From contig JAGMCH010000046.1 of NCBI GenBank assembly GCA_023129255.1, positions 1 through 55,299 of the forward strand: a stretch of DNA of 55,299 nt. Reading direction: 5' to 3'. Below, piece by piece: positions 19,839 through 28,738 of the stretch. Numbering within the stretch: the first letter of the stretch is position 1; every line of letters begins with the position of its first letter. A program made the translations under genes and the position numbers. The notes under the pieces were generated by a model. That model saw only the letters and a list, made by a program, of their open reading frames with translations. It did not search any database and was not told the origin of the DNA. The DNA is from Dehalococcoidales bacterium. GTDB lineage: Bacteria > Chloroflexota > Dehalococcoidia > Dehalococcoidales > BS750m-G39.

Positions 19839-20270
19839 ATGAGACTTACCGAGAGAAAAATAGCGGCTGCTTTGAGGCGTCACGGCTACAAGCTCACCCC
19901 CCAGCGAAGGTCGGTGATAAGAGCCATTGCCTCCAGCCAAGACCACCTCACCCCGGCTGCCATCTACCTGAAGGTGCGTCAAGACCACCCCAGTATTGGG
20001 CTGGTGACCATTTACCGCACCCTGGACATACTTGTCAGGTTAGAACTTATCTGTGAGCTACACGCTGGAGGTAGCTGCCACAGCTATACCACCGGTGCCC
20101 CGGAGCACCACCACCACCTGATTTGCTCCAATTGCGGCGAGGTTATTGACTTTAGCGGCTATTACCTCACTGAACTAGAGCAAAGGCTATCCCGGGAAAC
20201 CGGCTTTAAGATTGAAGGGCACCTGCTTGAGTTCATCGGTCGGTGCCAGAACTGCCAGCAAAATGATTAG
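19839..20270 (+). CDS. Fur-family regulator (Zur-like)
   Basis: KLTPQR, VTIYRTLD, HHHHLICSNC, GRCQNC. Confidence 0.92.
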   Translation: MRLTERKIAAALRRHGYKLTPQRRSVIRAIASSQDHLTPAAIYLKVRQDHPSIGLVTIYRTLDILVRLELICELHAGGSCHSYTTGAPEHHHHLICSNCGEVIDFSGYYLTELEQRLSRETGFKIEGHLLEFIGRCQNCQQND

Positions 20271-20901
20271 ACGAATAGCCAGTGAACTCAAAGACCATGC
20301 CCCTTTCACTGCCATGGGTGCTGTTACCGGGATTATCATCATGGTGATAATAGTCTTTGGCAATGTCCCCTCCCAGATTTCCCAGGCTACTTTTTATACC
20401 TTACACCCCCTGCATGTGGTATTGAGCGCTCTGGTGACCACCGCCATGTATATGAAATATCGTAAGGGTAAGCTCTGGACAGCGATTTTAATTGGTTACG
20501 CCGGCTCTATTGGCATTGCCACCCTGAGCGATGCCGTAATTCCCTATCTGGGAGGAGCCCTGCTCAATATTGAAATCGGTTTCCACATTCCCTTTATTGA
20601 GACGGAAGAAATGCCCTTCCTTGGCATTGCCAAATGGGTGGTGATAAATTCGGCAGCAGTAATTGGCATCGCCCTGGGTTACTGGAAGCATACCACCAAA
20701 ATTCCGCATTCGGGACATGTGTTACTAAGCATCTGGGCTTCACTTTTCTACCTCACTGCCTTCGGCATTGCTTCCTGGATTCCCTTGCTCCCCCTTATCT
20801 TCGTCTTTTTATTCCTGGCGGTCTGGATTCCCTGCTGCTTGAGCGACATCATCTTTCCTCTATTGTTCATAAGAAAAGCGGGTCCCCAGGAAAATCATTG
20901 A
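20263..20901 (+). CDS. Uncharacterised multi-TM protein with His/Cys/Asp motifs (putative metal permease)
   Basis: Overlaps the fur stop; about 6 hydrophobic segments; HAPFT, LHPLHV, HSGHV and PCCLSD motifs. Confidence 0.75.
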   Translation: MIRRIASELKDHAPFTAMGAVTGIIIMVIIVFGNVPSQISQATFYTLHPLHVVLSALVTTAMYMKYRKGKLWTAILIGYAGSIGIATLSDAVIPYLGGALLNIEIGFHIPFIETEEMPFLGIAKWVVINSAAVIGIALGYWKHTTKIPHSGHVLLSIWASLFYLTAFGIASWIPLLPLIFVFLFLAVWIPCCLSDIIFPLLFIRKAGPQENH

Positions 20902-20920
20902 TTTTTCTGGGTGCAAAGGG
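20881..20920. repeat. Palindromic repeat module D overlapping a stop codon
   Basis: CCCAGGAAAATC-ATT-GATTTTTCTGGG; near reverse complement of 26660-26694. Confidence 0.75.
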
Positions 20921-20977
20921 TTGCTACCCCAGAGGATATAGCCTATACTAATCACCACCACGCCAAAGAATAAAAAA

Positions 20978-21811
20978 ATGGGGCTGCAGATTACCACCCT
21001 GAGTGAGAATACCGCCGGCTTAGGTAGCTTTCTGGCGGAGTGGGGACTGAGCATCCTGGTAGAAACCGATGAGGCCAACATCCTGTTTGACACCGGGCAG
21101 AGCATCTCAGCCAGCCACAATGCTGATATCCTGGGCATTGACCTGAGACGGATTGATAAGATTGTCTTAAGCCACGGTCACTTCGACCATACCGGAGGAC
21201 TGCGCCACGTCCTGCGCCGGATAGGGAAAAAGGGAATAGAGATAATCGCTCACCCCGATATCTGGCAAGCCAAATATGCTACTGGCGAAGGTGAGGATAG
21301 ATATATTGGCATACCATTCCACCGCCAGACGCTGGAAAGCCTCGGCGCTCACTTTAACCTGACCACAGAGCCAGTAAGAATAACCGATAACATAATGACC
21401 ACCGGCGAGATTCCCATGGTAACCGATTATGAGGAGATAGAGTCGTATCTCCAGGTAAAAGAAGGAAACCGCTTCAAGCCGGATAAGCTTCTGGATGACC
21501 AGGCGCTAATCATAAACACTGAGACGGGACTGGTGGTCATCTTGGGTTGCGCCCACCGGGGCATCATCAATACCCTGTACCATGCCCAGCAGATTACGGG
21601 AGTGAAGGTAATATATGCCGTGTTCGGTGGCTGCCACCTGATGGATGCTTCCGAGGAACGGATATGGCTGACCATCGCCGCTCTAAAAGAGCTGGGGGTT
21701 CAAAGGTTAGGCGTCTGCCATTGCACCGGTCTGCCAGCATCTGCCATAATGGCTCAGGAGTTCGGCGACAGCTTCTTTTTCAATAACGCCGGCACCAGGA
21801 TTAACCTGTGA
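20978..21811 (+). CDS. MBL-fold metallo-hydrolase (COG1237-like)
   Basis: EWGLS, FDTGQ, SHGHFDHTGG, GCAHRG, GGCHL and CHCTG motifs. Confidence 0.9.
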   Translation: MGLQITTLSENTAGLGSFLAEWGLSILVETDEANILFDTGQSISASHNADILGIDLRRIDKIVLSHGHFDHTGGLRHVLRRIGKKGIEIIAHPDIWQAKYATGEGEDRYIGIPFHRQTLESLGAHFNLTTEPVRITDNIMTTGEIPMVTDYEEIESYLQVKEGNRFKPDKLLDDQALIINTETGLVVILGCAHRGIINTLYHAQQITGVKVIYAVFGGCHLMDASEERIWLTIAALKELGVQRLGVCHCTGLPASAIMAQEFGDSFFFNNAGTRINL

Positions 21812-21824
21812 CGAGGAGCTAATT

Positions 21825-22748
21825 ATGAATCTCTCGGTTCAACTGGCACCGAAAAATAAACACGGCTTATCCCTGGCAAACCCGGTGATGACCGCCTCGG
21901 GCACCTTCGGCTATGGCACCGAGTATAGCCATCTGTTTGATATCCAGAAGCTGGGAGCTATCGTCTGCAAGGGGACTACCCTCAAACCCAGAGAGGGAAA
22001 TCCCCAGCCAAGGCTGGCGGAGACACCCTGCGGTGTGCTCAATTCCATCGGGCTGCAGAATATCGGCATTGAAGCTGTAATCAGGGACAAGGCGCCGGTC
22101 TGGGCGGGGTGGCGGGTGCCGGTCATGGTTAACATAGTGGGGATAAGGGTTGAGGATTACGCCCGGATGGCGGCTAAGCTGGACGGGGTGGCCGGCATCA
22201 GCGGTATTGAGGTGAACATCGGCTGTCCCAATATCAAAGCCGGCGGTGCTGAGTTTGGCGCCAGACCCGACTTAGCCGCCGAGGTGACGGCGGCGGTTAA
22301 GGCAGCTACCTCCCTCCCGCTACTGGTCAAGCTAACCCCCAACACCGCTGACATTGCCGGGGTGGCTAAGGCGGTAATGAGAGCCGGAGCCGATGCTATC
22401 TCTCTAATCAATACGCCGAGGGGCATAGCCATCGACGTTTCACGGCGCCGACCGCTACTGGGTAATGTAACCGGGGGTCTATCCGGACCAGCGATAAAAC
22501 CAATTGCTTTGTATATGGTGTACACCGTGGCTGGTGCCGTGGAGGTGCCGGTGGTTGGCGTCGGCGGCATTGCTACCGCCAGCGACGCTATAGAGTTCAT
22601 CATGGCTGGAGCCAGTGCCGTCCAGATAGGCACCGCCAGCTTCACCAACCCCCGCGCCCCCCTTGATATCCTGGAGGGAATAGAGCAGTTCATGAAAAAA
22701 GAGGGGATAGAGGATATAGCCGAGCTTATCGGGGCGGGGCGGCGGTAG
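21825..22748 (+). CDS. pyrD: Dihydroorotate dehydrogenase (class 1B catalytic subunit)
   Basis: NPVMTASGTFGYG, NSIGLQN, EVNIGCPN, VKLTPN, GGLSGPAIKP. Confidence 0.95.
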   Translation: MNLSVQLAPKNKHGLSLANPVMTASGTFGYGTEYSHLFDIQKLGAIVCKGTTLKPREGNPQPRLAETPCGVLNSIGLQNIGIEAVIRDKAPVWAGWRVPVMVNIVGIRVEDYARMAAKLDGVAGISGIEVNIGCPNIKAGGAEFGARPDLAAEVTAAVKAATSLPLLVKLTPNTADIAGVAKAVMRAGADAISLINTPRGIAIDVSRRRPLLGNVTGGLSGPAIKPIALYMVYTVAGAVEVPVVGVGGIATASDAIEFIMAGASAVQIGTASFTNPRAPLDILEGIEQFMKKEGIEDIAELIGAGRR

Positions 22749-22987
22749 ATGAGCTAAGCTTGCACAATTTGGCTGGTTGTTACACCTACACATCCAAGGT
22801 TTGTCTCTATTTGAGGTATTGACAGGGTTTCGGGACAGGACCACACTGAAGTCCCAGCACGTGAAACAATAGAAATTGGTAGGAAAGATAAACGGTGTAA
22901 ATGGGCACTAGAACCGTGTAATATGGCGGTGGCTGGTGCCCTTTTTGGGTTGGTGAATAAGGTCACAATGGCTGTTAGGAGGGGGCA

Positions 22988-23401
22988 ATGAACGAAGAGA
23001 CTGTGCTACTAATCATTAAGACCACGGGTGCGAAAGCATTGTGCTTCACCACAAACAGGATGATCGTAGCTGAGGTTGGGGAACCTAGTGATGCTTATAG
23101 CGCCGGCTACGCACCCTTCGCGTCGCTTGCGCGAGACCTGTGGCGAGGCCGGAGGATACGGAAGATTATGAAGCTATCACCTGAGGGCATCTTGACGGCT
23201 AACAAGAAGAATTTTGCAGTATCCTATGCGGAAATCGTCAAAGTGGAGCTGTTCGTGGTGAGGCGTGACCGAATGATTCGCATACGAGCTAGCGCTGATA
23301 CATATGAATACTTGCTGGCCAAACCGAAAGAATTTCAGAACTATGCCAATGTCCTACGGCCCGTGTTGGCTGACAAGCTGGCCGGCTGTGCTCGGCTTTA
23401 G
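22988..23401 (+). CDS. Hypothetical protein (possible PH-like fold)
   Basis: 137-aa ORF with AGGAGG RBS; beta-rich pattern CFTTNRMIVA...NFAVSYAEIVKVEL. Confidence 0.65.
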   Translation: MNEETVLLIIKTTGAKALCFTTNRMIVAEVGEPSDAYSAGYAPFASLARDLWRGRRIRKIMKLSPEGILTANKKNFAVSYAEIVKVELFVVRRDRMIRIRASADTYEYLLAKPKEFQNYANVLRPVLADKLAGCARL

Positions 23402-23442
23402 TAACGGGAACAACTTGACGAAATGTGCAACCTGTATTCAGC

Positions 23443-24015
23443 TTAATCCTCTACCAGCCTCTGCCCGGCAAGGAAAGCCTGCTTCAGGGCACCGGGGTGA
23501 CTTTTTATCGCTCCTTTTTTGTCAATGCCGGGGACCAGCAGCTCTCCGGCATAAGTGATATCAAGGACTTTGAACAGGGCTTTTACCGTCGCCAGCGCCG
23601 GCTCAAATAGATTGGCCAGCTTCATGCCACCCACGGAGACAAATAACCCTTTCCTCTCCCGCTCATCCCCCAGCGGCGGTTGTTTCAGTACATACTTCCT
23701 CACCCACAATGCCTGACAGCGGTCAATCATGGCCTTGGTCTGAGCCGTTACCCCCATAAAATGCACCGGCGAAGCCAAGACTATTCGGTCTGCCCACTCT
23801 AACTCATCATAAACCATCTGCATATCATCCTCCACCCTGCACCTGCCCGTCTCCAGACAGGCATCACAGTGCTGGCAGGGGGCGATGTCGAGCTGGTTAA
23901 GAATAATGGTCTTGACCTCAGCCCCTTTGCTGGCGGCACCCCTCATAACCTCGTTCAGCAATAGGTCGGTGTTGCCATCCCGCCTGGGGCTACCGGCAAT
24001 GCCAAGGACTCTCAA
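23443..24015 (-). CDS. Iron-sulfur flavoprotein / multimeric flavodoxin
   Basis: GSPRRDGNT, CQHCDAC...C, ASPVHF, IDRCQ. Confidence 0.92.
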   Translation of the reverse strand: MRVLGIAGSPRRDGNTDLLLNEVMRGAASKGAEVKTIILNQLDIAPCQHCDACLETGRCRVEDDMQMVYDELEWADRIVLASPVHFMGVTAQTKAMIDRCQALWVRKYVLKQPPLGDERERKGLFVSVGGMKLANLFEPALATVKALFKVLDITYAGELLVPGIDKKGAIKSHPGALKQAFLAGQRLVED

Positions 24016-24485
24016 TTTAGTCCCCCTTCAATATGGCTCAGGAGTTCTGCCTCTCTAGCTCTCATCTGGCGCTCTAGCTTCGGCTTATCATGCTCATACC
24101 CCAGCAGGTGAAGCACGCCGTGGATGATAAGAATGGCGAGCTCCTTTTTTGCCGAGTGCTGGTGCTCCTCAGCCTGTATCGCTGCTTGAGGGTAAGAGAT
24201 AATCACCTCACCCAGATGGAGAACACCGTCGGGGGGTTGAACGAAGGGGGGGAGGTCTGCCCCGACTTCTTCTCTGGCGGAAAAGGCGAGGACATCGGTA
24301 GGCTCATCCCTTCCCCGATAGTCTCGATTTAGCTGCTTAACCCTTTCTTCGGTGGCAATAACCAAACCCATCTCCACCTCAGCGCCAGCCCCCTGAGCTG
24401 CCAGGACTTGCCGGGCTATGCTCTGCAGCCAGCTCGGCTCAAGGTTTCCTTCAACACCCTCATCGATTAAGACGCTTATCTCCAT
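24012..24485 (-). CDS. ybeY: rRNA maturation endoribonuclease YbeY
   Basis: LNRDYRG.DEPTDVLAF, LGEVIIS, HGVLHLLGYEH. Confidence 0.96.
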   Translation of the reverse strand: MEISVLIDEGVEGNLEPSWLQSIARQVLAAQGAGAEVEMGLVIATEERVKQLNRDYRGRDEPTDVLAFSAREEVGADLPPFVQPPDGVLHLGEVIISYPQAAIQAEEHQHSAKKELAILIIHGVLHLLGYEHDKPKLERQMRAREAELLSHIEGGLN

Positions 24486-24541
24486 CCAGTACCAATCATA
24501 ACATAGCCCGATGAAGCCCTCAATGAGGCTTTTTGCCTTTC

Positions 24542-24780
24542 TATCACCCTTACCCCCTTTAAGTTTTTGATTAAGGTAACCCTCCCCCTTTATCCCCCTC
24601 CCTTAGATAAGGGAGGGGGAATTATTTATGTGAGAGGGACTTCGTCCCTCTAAAACTCCCTATTAAGATATTCAGAGACTGACGCCCCTCTTAAACACCC
24701 CTGAAAGCAGGGGTTTAAGGGCAAAGCCCTAATGGGAGGATGGGAAGAAAAAGATAAGTTAAAAATGGGGGGCTGGGGGG
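24542..24780. repeat. Composite intergenic repeat upstream of tRNA-Ser
   Basis: TCCCCCTCCCTTA-GA-TAAGGGAGGGGGA, GAGGGAC-TTC-GTCCCTC, AGGGC-AAA-GCCCT, degenerate G4 + AAGAAAAAGA. Confidence 0.85.
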
Positions 24781-24850
24781 AAAGTAAGACTTGCCCAGCA
24801 GGTTTGAGCAAGCTAAAGGGTTATGATACAATTACTATACCTGAAAATGT

Positions 24851-24942
24851 GGAGGGGTCGCATAGTGGTCTAGTGCGGGCGCCTGCTAAGCGCTTACCCT
24901 GGTAACTCGGGGTCGAGGGTTCAAATCCCTCCCCCTCCGCCA
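24851..24942 (+). tRNA. tRNA-Ser (GCT), CCA encoded
   Basis: Acceptor GGAGGGG/CCCCTCC-GCCA, anticodon arm GGCGC-CTGCTAA-GCGCT, long variable arm, T-loop TTCAAAT. Confidence 0.97.
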
Positions 24943-24955
24943 TAGTAGGCTAGTG

Positions 24956-24981
24956 TGCCCCTTAAATTAAGGGGCATTTTT
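24956..24981 (+). terminator. Intrinsic terminator after tRNA-Ser
   Basis: TGCCCCTTAA-A-TTAAGGGGCA followed by TTTTT. Confidence 0.75.
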
Positions 24982-25003
24982 GGCTATCCTTATAGAGAGA
25001 ACC

Positions 25004-26251
25004 ATGCCCAAATATCATATCTGGACCATCGGCTGCCAGATGAACAAGGCGGAATCGGAGCGGCTGGGCAGCTACTTTGAACAGCTGGGTTATGAGCCTA
25101 TAGCCACCGCCGAGGAGGCTGACCTGGTCGTGCTCAATAGCTGCGTGGTGCGCCAGAGCGCCGAGAACCGCGTGGTCAACAAGCTCCATAACCTTAAATC
25201 ACTAAAAAGACTACGCCCAAACTTAACTCTGGCGGTTACCGGCTGTTTGGTCGACGCTGACGTAGCTCAACTCGAGAAACGCTTCCCCCAGGTTGATTAC
25301 TTCTTCAAGCCCGGAGCTTGTCCCCAGTGGCTAAAAAAAGCTGAACCGGGGCAAACATTACCCCGCCGTCCCGCCCCCAGCACCTATGTCCCTATAATTC
25401 AGGGCTGTGATAACTTCTGCACATTCTGCATTGTCCCCTACCGCCGGGGAAGGGAGAAGAGCCGACCGGCTGAAGAAATCGTTGAAGAGGTCAAGGAGCT
25501 GGTAAATCGTGGCACAAAAGAGGTTACCCTGCTGGGGCAAAATGTGGATTCATACGGGCATGACCTACCCACCCAGCCAGACCTGGCTGATTTACTCTGC
25601 GAGCTAAATGGTATAGATGGACTGTTTCGGCTCCGCTTCCTGACCAACCACCCCAAGGACATGAGCCCCAAGCTGATTGAGGCGGTAGCCTCTTTAGACA
25701 AGGTCTGCGAGCAGCTCAACCTTCCTGTTCAGTCGGGCAGCAACGAAATACTGAAGGCAATGAGGCGGGGCTATACCGTAGAGGACTACCGCCAGCTTAT
25801 CACCGAGATACGCCGTAAAATACCAGAGGTAGCTTTAAGCACCGATGTCCTCGTCGGTTTCCCCTCAGAAACCGAGCCGCAGTTCCAGCAAACGGTCGAC
25901 TTGCTATCTGAGCTAAAGTTTGATACAGTCCATGTAGCTGCTTATTCGCCAAGACCGGGGACTATTTCGGCAAGGAAACTGGAGGACAATATCTCGCCCG
26001 CCGAGAAAAGGAGGCGATTAAGCCAGATTGAGCGACTCCAGGAGAGCATCGCTACCGAGATTAATGCCCGGCTCCAAGACAAGACGGTTGAAGTCCTGGT
26101 GGAGGGGGAGAGAAAGGGGAGGTGGCAAGGTCGAACCAGAGGTGGTAAACTGGTATTCTTCGATGACAGCAATGATTGCCTGGGAAAACTGATGAACATC
26201 AGAGTTGAGAAAACAAGTCCGTGGTCACTACAGGGCAGGGTTGAATGCTAA
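25004..26251 (+). CDS. miaB: tRNA methylthiotransferase MiaB (MTTase, radical SAM + TRAM)
   Basis: TIGCQMN.AES, NSCVVRQSAE, GCDNFCTFCIVPY.RG, LLGQNV. Confidence 0.93.
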   Translation: MPKYHIWTIGCQMNKAESERLGSYFEQLGYEPIATAEEADLVVLNSCVVRQSAENRVVNKLHNLKSLKRLRPNLTLAVTGCLVDADVAQLEKRFPQVDYFFKPGACPQWLKKAEPGQTLPRRPAPSTYVPIIQGCDNFCTFCIVPYRRGREKSRPAEEIVEEVKELVNRGTKEVTLLGQNVDSYGHDLPTQPDLADLLCELNGIDGLFRLRFLTNHPKDMSPKLIEAVASLDKVCEQLNLPVQSGSNEILKAMRRGYTVEDYRQLITEIRRKIPEVALSTDVLVGFPSETEPQFQQTVDLLSELKFDTVHVAAYSPRPGTISARKLEDNISPAEKRRRLSQIERLQESIATEINARLQDKTVEVLVEGERKGRWQGRTRGGKLVFFDDSNDCLGKLMNIRVEKTSPWSLQGRVEC

Positions 26252-26265
26252 AATGAGGAGGGAAA

Positions 26266-26631
26266 ATGAACCGGAATAAAATATTAAGCCTGGCGTTAAT
26301 AATTGGGTTGCTTATCACTTCTCTAGTATTTATCGGGGGTTGCTTATTCCCAGCAGAGGGAGAAGGAGGAGGGTTCGACTACACGATAATCATCTTCCTG
26401 GTGCTGATTTTTGCCATGTTCTATTTCCTCATGATTCGACCCCAGCGCAAGAGACAGAAGGAACACCAGCACATGGTGGAAGAGCTGAGGAGGGGAGATA
26501 GGGTAGTTACTGCCGGCGGCATCTACGGCGTGATTGAAACCGTCAGCGAGGATAGTGTAGTCATAAAAGTAGAATCGGGAGCGACGATGAGGGTGGCTTT
26601 AGGTAGCGTCGCCCTCAAGCGAGAGAGATAG
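26266..26631 (+). CDS. yajC: Preprotein translocase subunit YajC
   Basis: FYFLMIRPQRKRQKEH...L.RGDRVVTAGGIYG. Confidence 0.93.
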   Translation: MNRNKILSLALIIGLLITSLVFIGGCLFPAEGEGGGFDYTIIIFLVLIFAMFYFLMIRPQRKRQKEHQHMVEELRRGDRVVTAGGIYGVIETVSEDSVVIKVESGATMRVALGSVALKRER

Positions 26632-26639
26632 AATTTTTA

Positions 26640-26865
26640 ATCACCCTCACCCCCTTTAAGCACCCAGAAAAATCTTCGATTTTCCTGGGAACCCGCTTGT
26701 TCCCTCTCTCCCTCATAGAGAGAGGGGCAGACGCCCCTCTTAAACACCCCATAATTAACTTTGTCTTGCGCCTTAACTATCTCCTTCTATTCAGGAGAGT
26801 TTTATGGGCGAAGCCCTTATAGGGTGGGCTGGGTGGGAAGAAAGACAACTAAAAATAGGGGGGGT
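26640..26865. repeat. Composite intergenic repeat with module D nested inside and a perfect G4 module
   Basis: ATCACCCTCACCCCCTTTAAG shared with 24543; module D 26660-26694; GGGC-GAA-GCCC; GGGTGGGCTGGGTGGG-AAGAAAGA at 26822-26845. Confidence 0.85.
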
Positions 26866-26877
26866 TAGTGAGCAATC

Positions 26878-26994
26878 TCATAAATTTTGGGCCGGAGCCA
26901 GCCCGTGGGCACTGAGTAACCGCTTGTCAGCTAAAATATGGCTGGTGGCACCATCAGCAATTACCACTCCCCGGTCAAGAAAACTATGTTTCAC
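26878..26994 (-). pseudogene. Probable cbiQ'::'cbiO (ECF Co/Ni transporter) deletion-fusion remnant
   Basis: 38-codon ORF (GTG)KHSFLDR|GVVIADGATSHILADKRLLSAHGLAP; the tail resembles the C-terminus of ECF ATPases and the head resembles CbiQ N-termini (from recall). Confidence 0.55.
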
Positions 26995-28216
26995 CGTAGC
27001 CGCCTTTAACTTTGTAGGAACTGTATTCATCATAGTTCTCAACACAGCCAGGGTTACCAACAGGAGAGGGCAAGAATTCCACCACGCTTCTGGTTATCTC
27101 ATGGGCTAAGAACCTTCCTTTTCCGGTCAGGCTTTCATGCTTGATGTACCCCGTAAGTTTTAGGAGCCGAATGAAAATCTTTAGGTAAGATGGTAAATTG
27201 GATGTGTCATCAACTTTAAGGTCATAGATCATCTTTGCAAATTTGCGCCAGTCAACACTTGCTTTGTTCGCAGGGGCAATAAACCCCATCCTTTTGCCAT
27301 CTGCAATATTCATAACATAGACATCCAGTTCAGGATTGATAACTTTCCAACCTCCGTATGTTGAATATGCAGTAGGTCCGAAACCGATATAGTCGATGAT
27401 AAGTTCATCCCCTGATGAATCATAAATGTCATTGCCGACTGCAAATGTCCACACACCTGTCCTACGGTATCCATATCCCTTTAGCATTTCATCTGCTTCT
27501 TCGATAAGCCCAAACCGCTCTTTGGAAGAGCAACTTGGGGAGGGGAAAGCCTGCCTTCTTCTCATTATCAGATACGGGTATGTCGTAATCTGGTCAGGTA
27601 GGATAGTTGATATTCTCTTGATATCATCTCTGACTGTGTTCGCATCTTGATTTGGTAGACCCACCATCATATCAACATTCACCCATAGCCCAAGCGATTT
27701 GGCAAATTCTATTAGTCCCCTTACATGTTCATATGTGGTAATTTTTCTTCCTGTTTTCTTGGTTACCTGATCCGAGAAACTCTCTACCCCGATACTTATC
27801 TTGGTGAAACCGATTGCCTTTAGCTCTTTCAGGTATTCATCAGTCAGCAGTGCTGGCAATAGTTCTATGCCCATACTGTTTATTTGAACCTTCTCTCTAA
27901 GCCGTGCCACTATGTCGTATATGTCTCCTACTGCAAGGGTGTTGGGAGTCCCGCCTCCAATATAGAGCCACTTAGCTTCTCCCTGAATATCCATGTCATC
28001 GATTTCCTTCAAAATAGCTTCTAAGTACTCTCTTTTACGCTTTTCCGAAAAGATCACTTTGTAATAAGGGCAGTAGGAACATTTTGAGAGGCAGAAAGGA
28101 ACATGGATGTAAATGCCGAAACACCCATCAAATACAGGCTTTGGTATTTCCATAAACCGAAAGAGCGTTTTTTTAAAGGCTCTTTGCATCATGGTTTTGC
28201 TTATTGCGATAATCAT
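26984..28216 (-). CDS. AT-rich radical SAM protein, HemN/HemW-like
   Basis: YIHVPFCLSKCSYCPY (CxxxCxxC), YIGGGTP, ISIGVESF, NVDMMVGLP; GGAGG RBS. Confidence 0.9.
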   Translation of the reverse strand: MIIAISKTMMQRAFKKTLFRFMEIPKPVFDGCFGIYIHVPFCLSKCSYCPYYKVIFSEKRKREYLEAILKEIDDMDIQGEAKWLYIGGGTPNTLAVGDIYDIVARLREKVQINSMGIELLPALLTDEYLKELKAIGFTKISIGVESFSDQVTKKTGRKITTYEHVRGLIEFAKSLGLWVNVDMMVGLPNQDANTVRDDIKRISTILPDQITTYPYLIMRRRQAFPSPSCSSKERFGLIEEADEMLKGYGYRRTGVWTFAVGNDIYDSSGDELIIDYIGFGPTAYSTYGGWKVINPELDVYVMNIADGKRMGFIAPANKASVDWRKFAKMIYDLKVDDTSNLPSYLKIFIRLLKLTGYIKHESLTGKGRFLAHEITRSVVEFLPSPVGNPGCVENYDEYSSYKVKGGYGET

Positions 28217-28231
28217 AGCTTAGCCTCCCCA

Positions 28232-28266
28232 ATTTGCGTTTTAATGCAATTGCAACTAGTTGCAAT
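28232..28266. promoter_or_regulatory. Tandem operator TTGC-N8-GCAA upstream of the radical SAM gene
   Basis: Perfect 18-bp palindrome ATTGCAACTAGTTGCAAT (28249-28266) plus overlapping TTGCGTTTTAATGCAA. Confidence 0.75.
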
Positions 28267-28281
28267 CACGGGTTAAAAAAA

Positions 28282-28704
28282 TTACTGGCTACATTTAACA
28301 CAGCGACCAAAGATAGCCAGATGCCTTAAATCAGCACTGAACCCGTATTCCCGGAGCAAAACATTCTTGAGCGGGACCAGCACTGACTCATCAAGGTCAA
28401 CTATGGCTCCACACTCCTGACAGACCAGGTGATGGTGGTGCCCCTTCCCCGCCGGGTGGTATCTAACCCGACCCTCGCCAAAGTCGGTCTCAGTTACCAG
28501 ACCCAGTTTTTTAAGTAATTCCAGGGTACGATAGACGGTTGAGATATTAACCTGGGGGTATTTAGCTATCACCTGGGCGTAGATTTCCTCAGCGCTGATA
28601 TGACCATCGCTATCCTCAATAGCCGATACAATCATCAGCCGCTGCGGCGTCAGCCGATACCCGTGCTCGGTTAGCTTTTTTACTATATCTCTGGGCTGGT
28701 TCAT
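28282..28704 (-). CDS. Fur-family regulator, Nur-like
   Basis: GYRLTPQR, NISTVYRTLELL, HHHHLVCQEC, HLAIFGRCVKC; start set at ATG 28704. Confidence 0.92.
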   Translation of the reverse strand: MNQPRDIVKKLTEHGYRLTPQRLMIVSAIEDSDGHISAEEIYAQVIAKYPQVNISTVYRTLELLKKLGLVTETDFGEGRVRYHPAGKGHHHHLVCQECGAIVDLDESVLVPLKNVLLREYGFSADLRHLAIFGRCVKCSQ

Positions 28705-28738
28705 TTGACAGTGGGTATTATACCAGAATTTTAGGTAT

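Noticed and set aside
24851-24942. tRNA-anchored genomic island at tRNA-Ser or tRNA-Pro
   Set aside because: No integrase and no duplicated tRNA 3' end seen; the 3' flanks are housekeeping genes (miaB, mazG)
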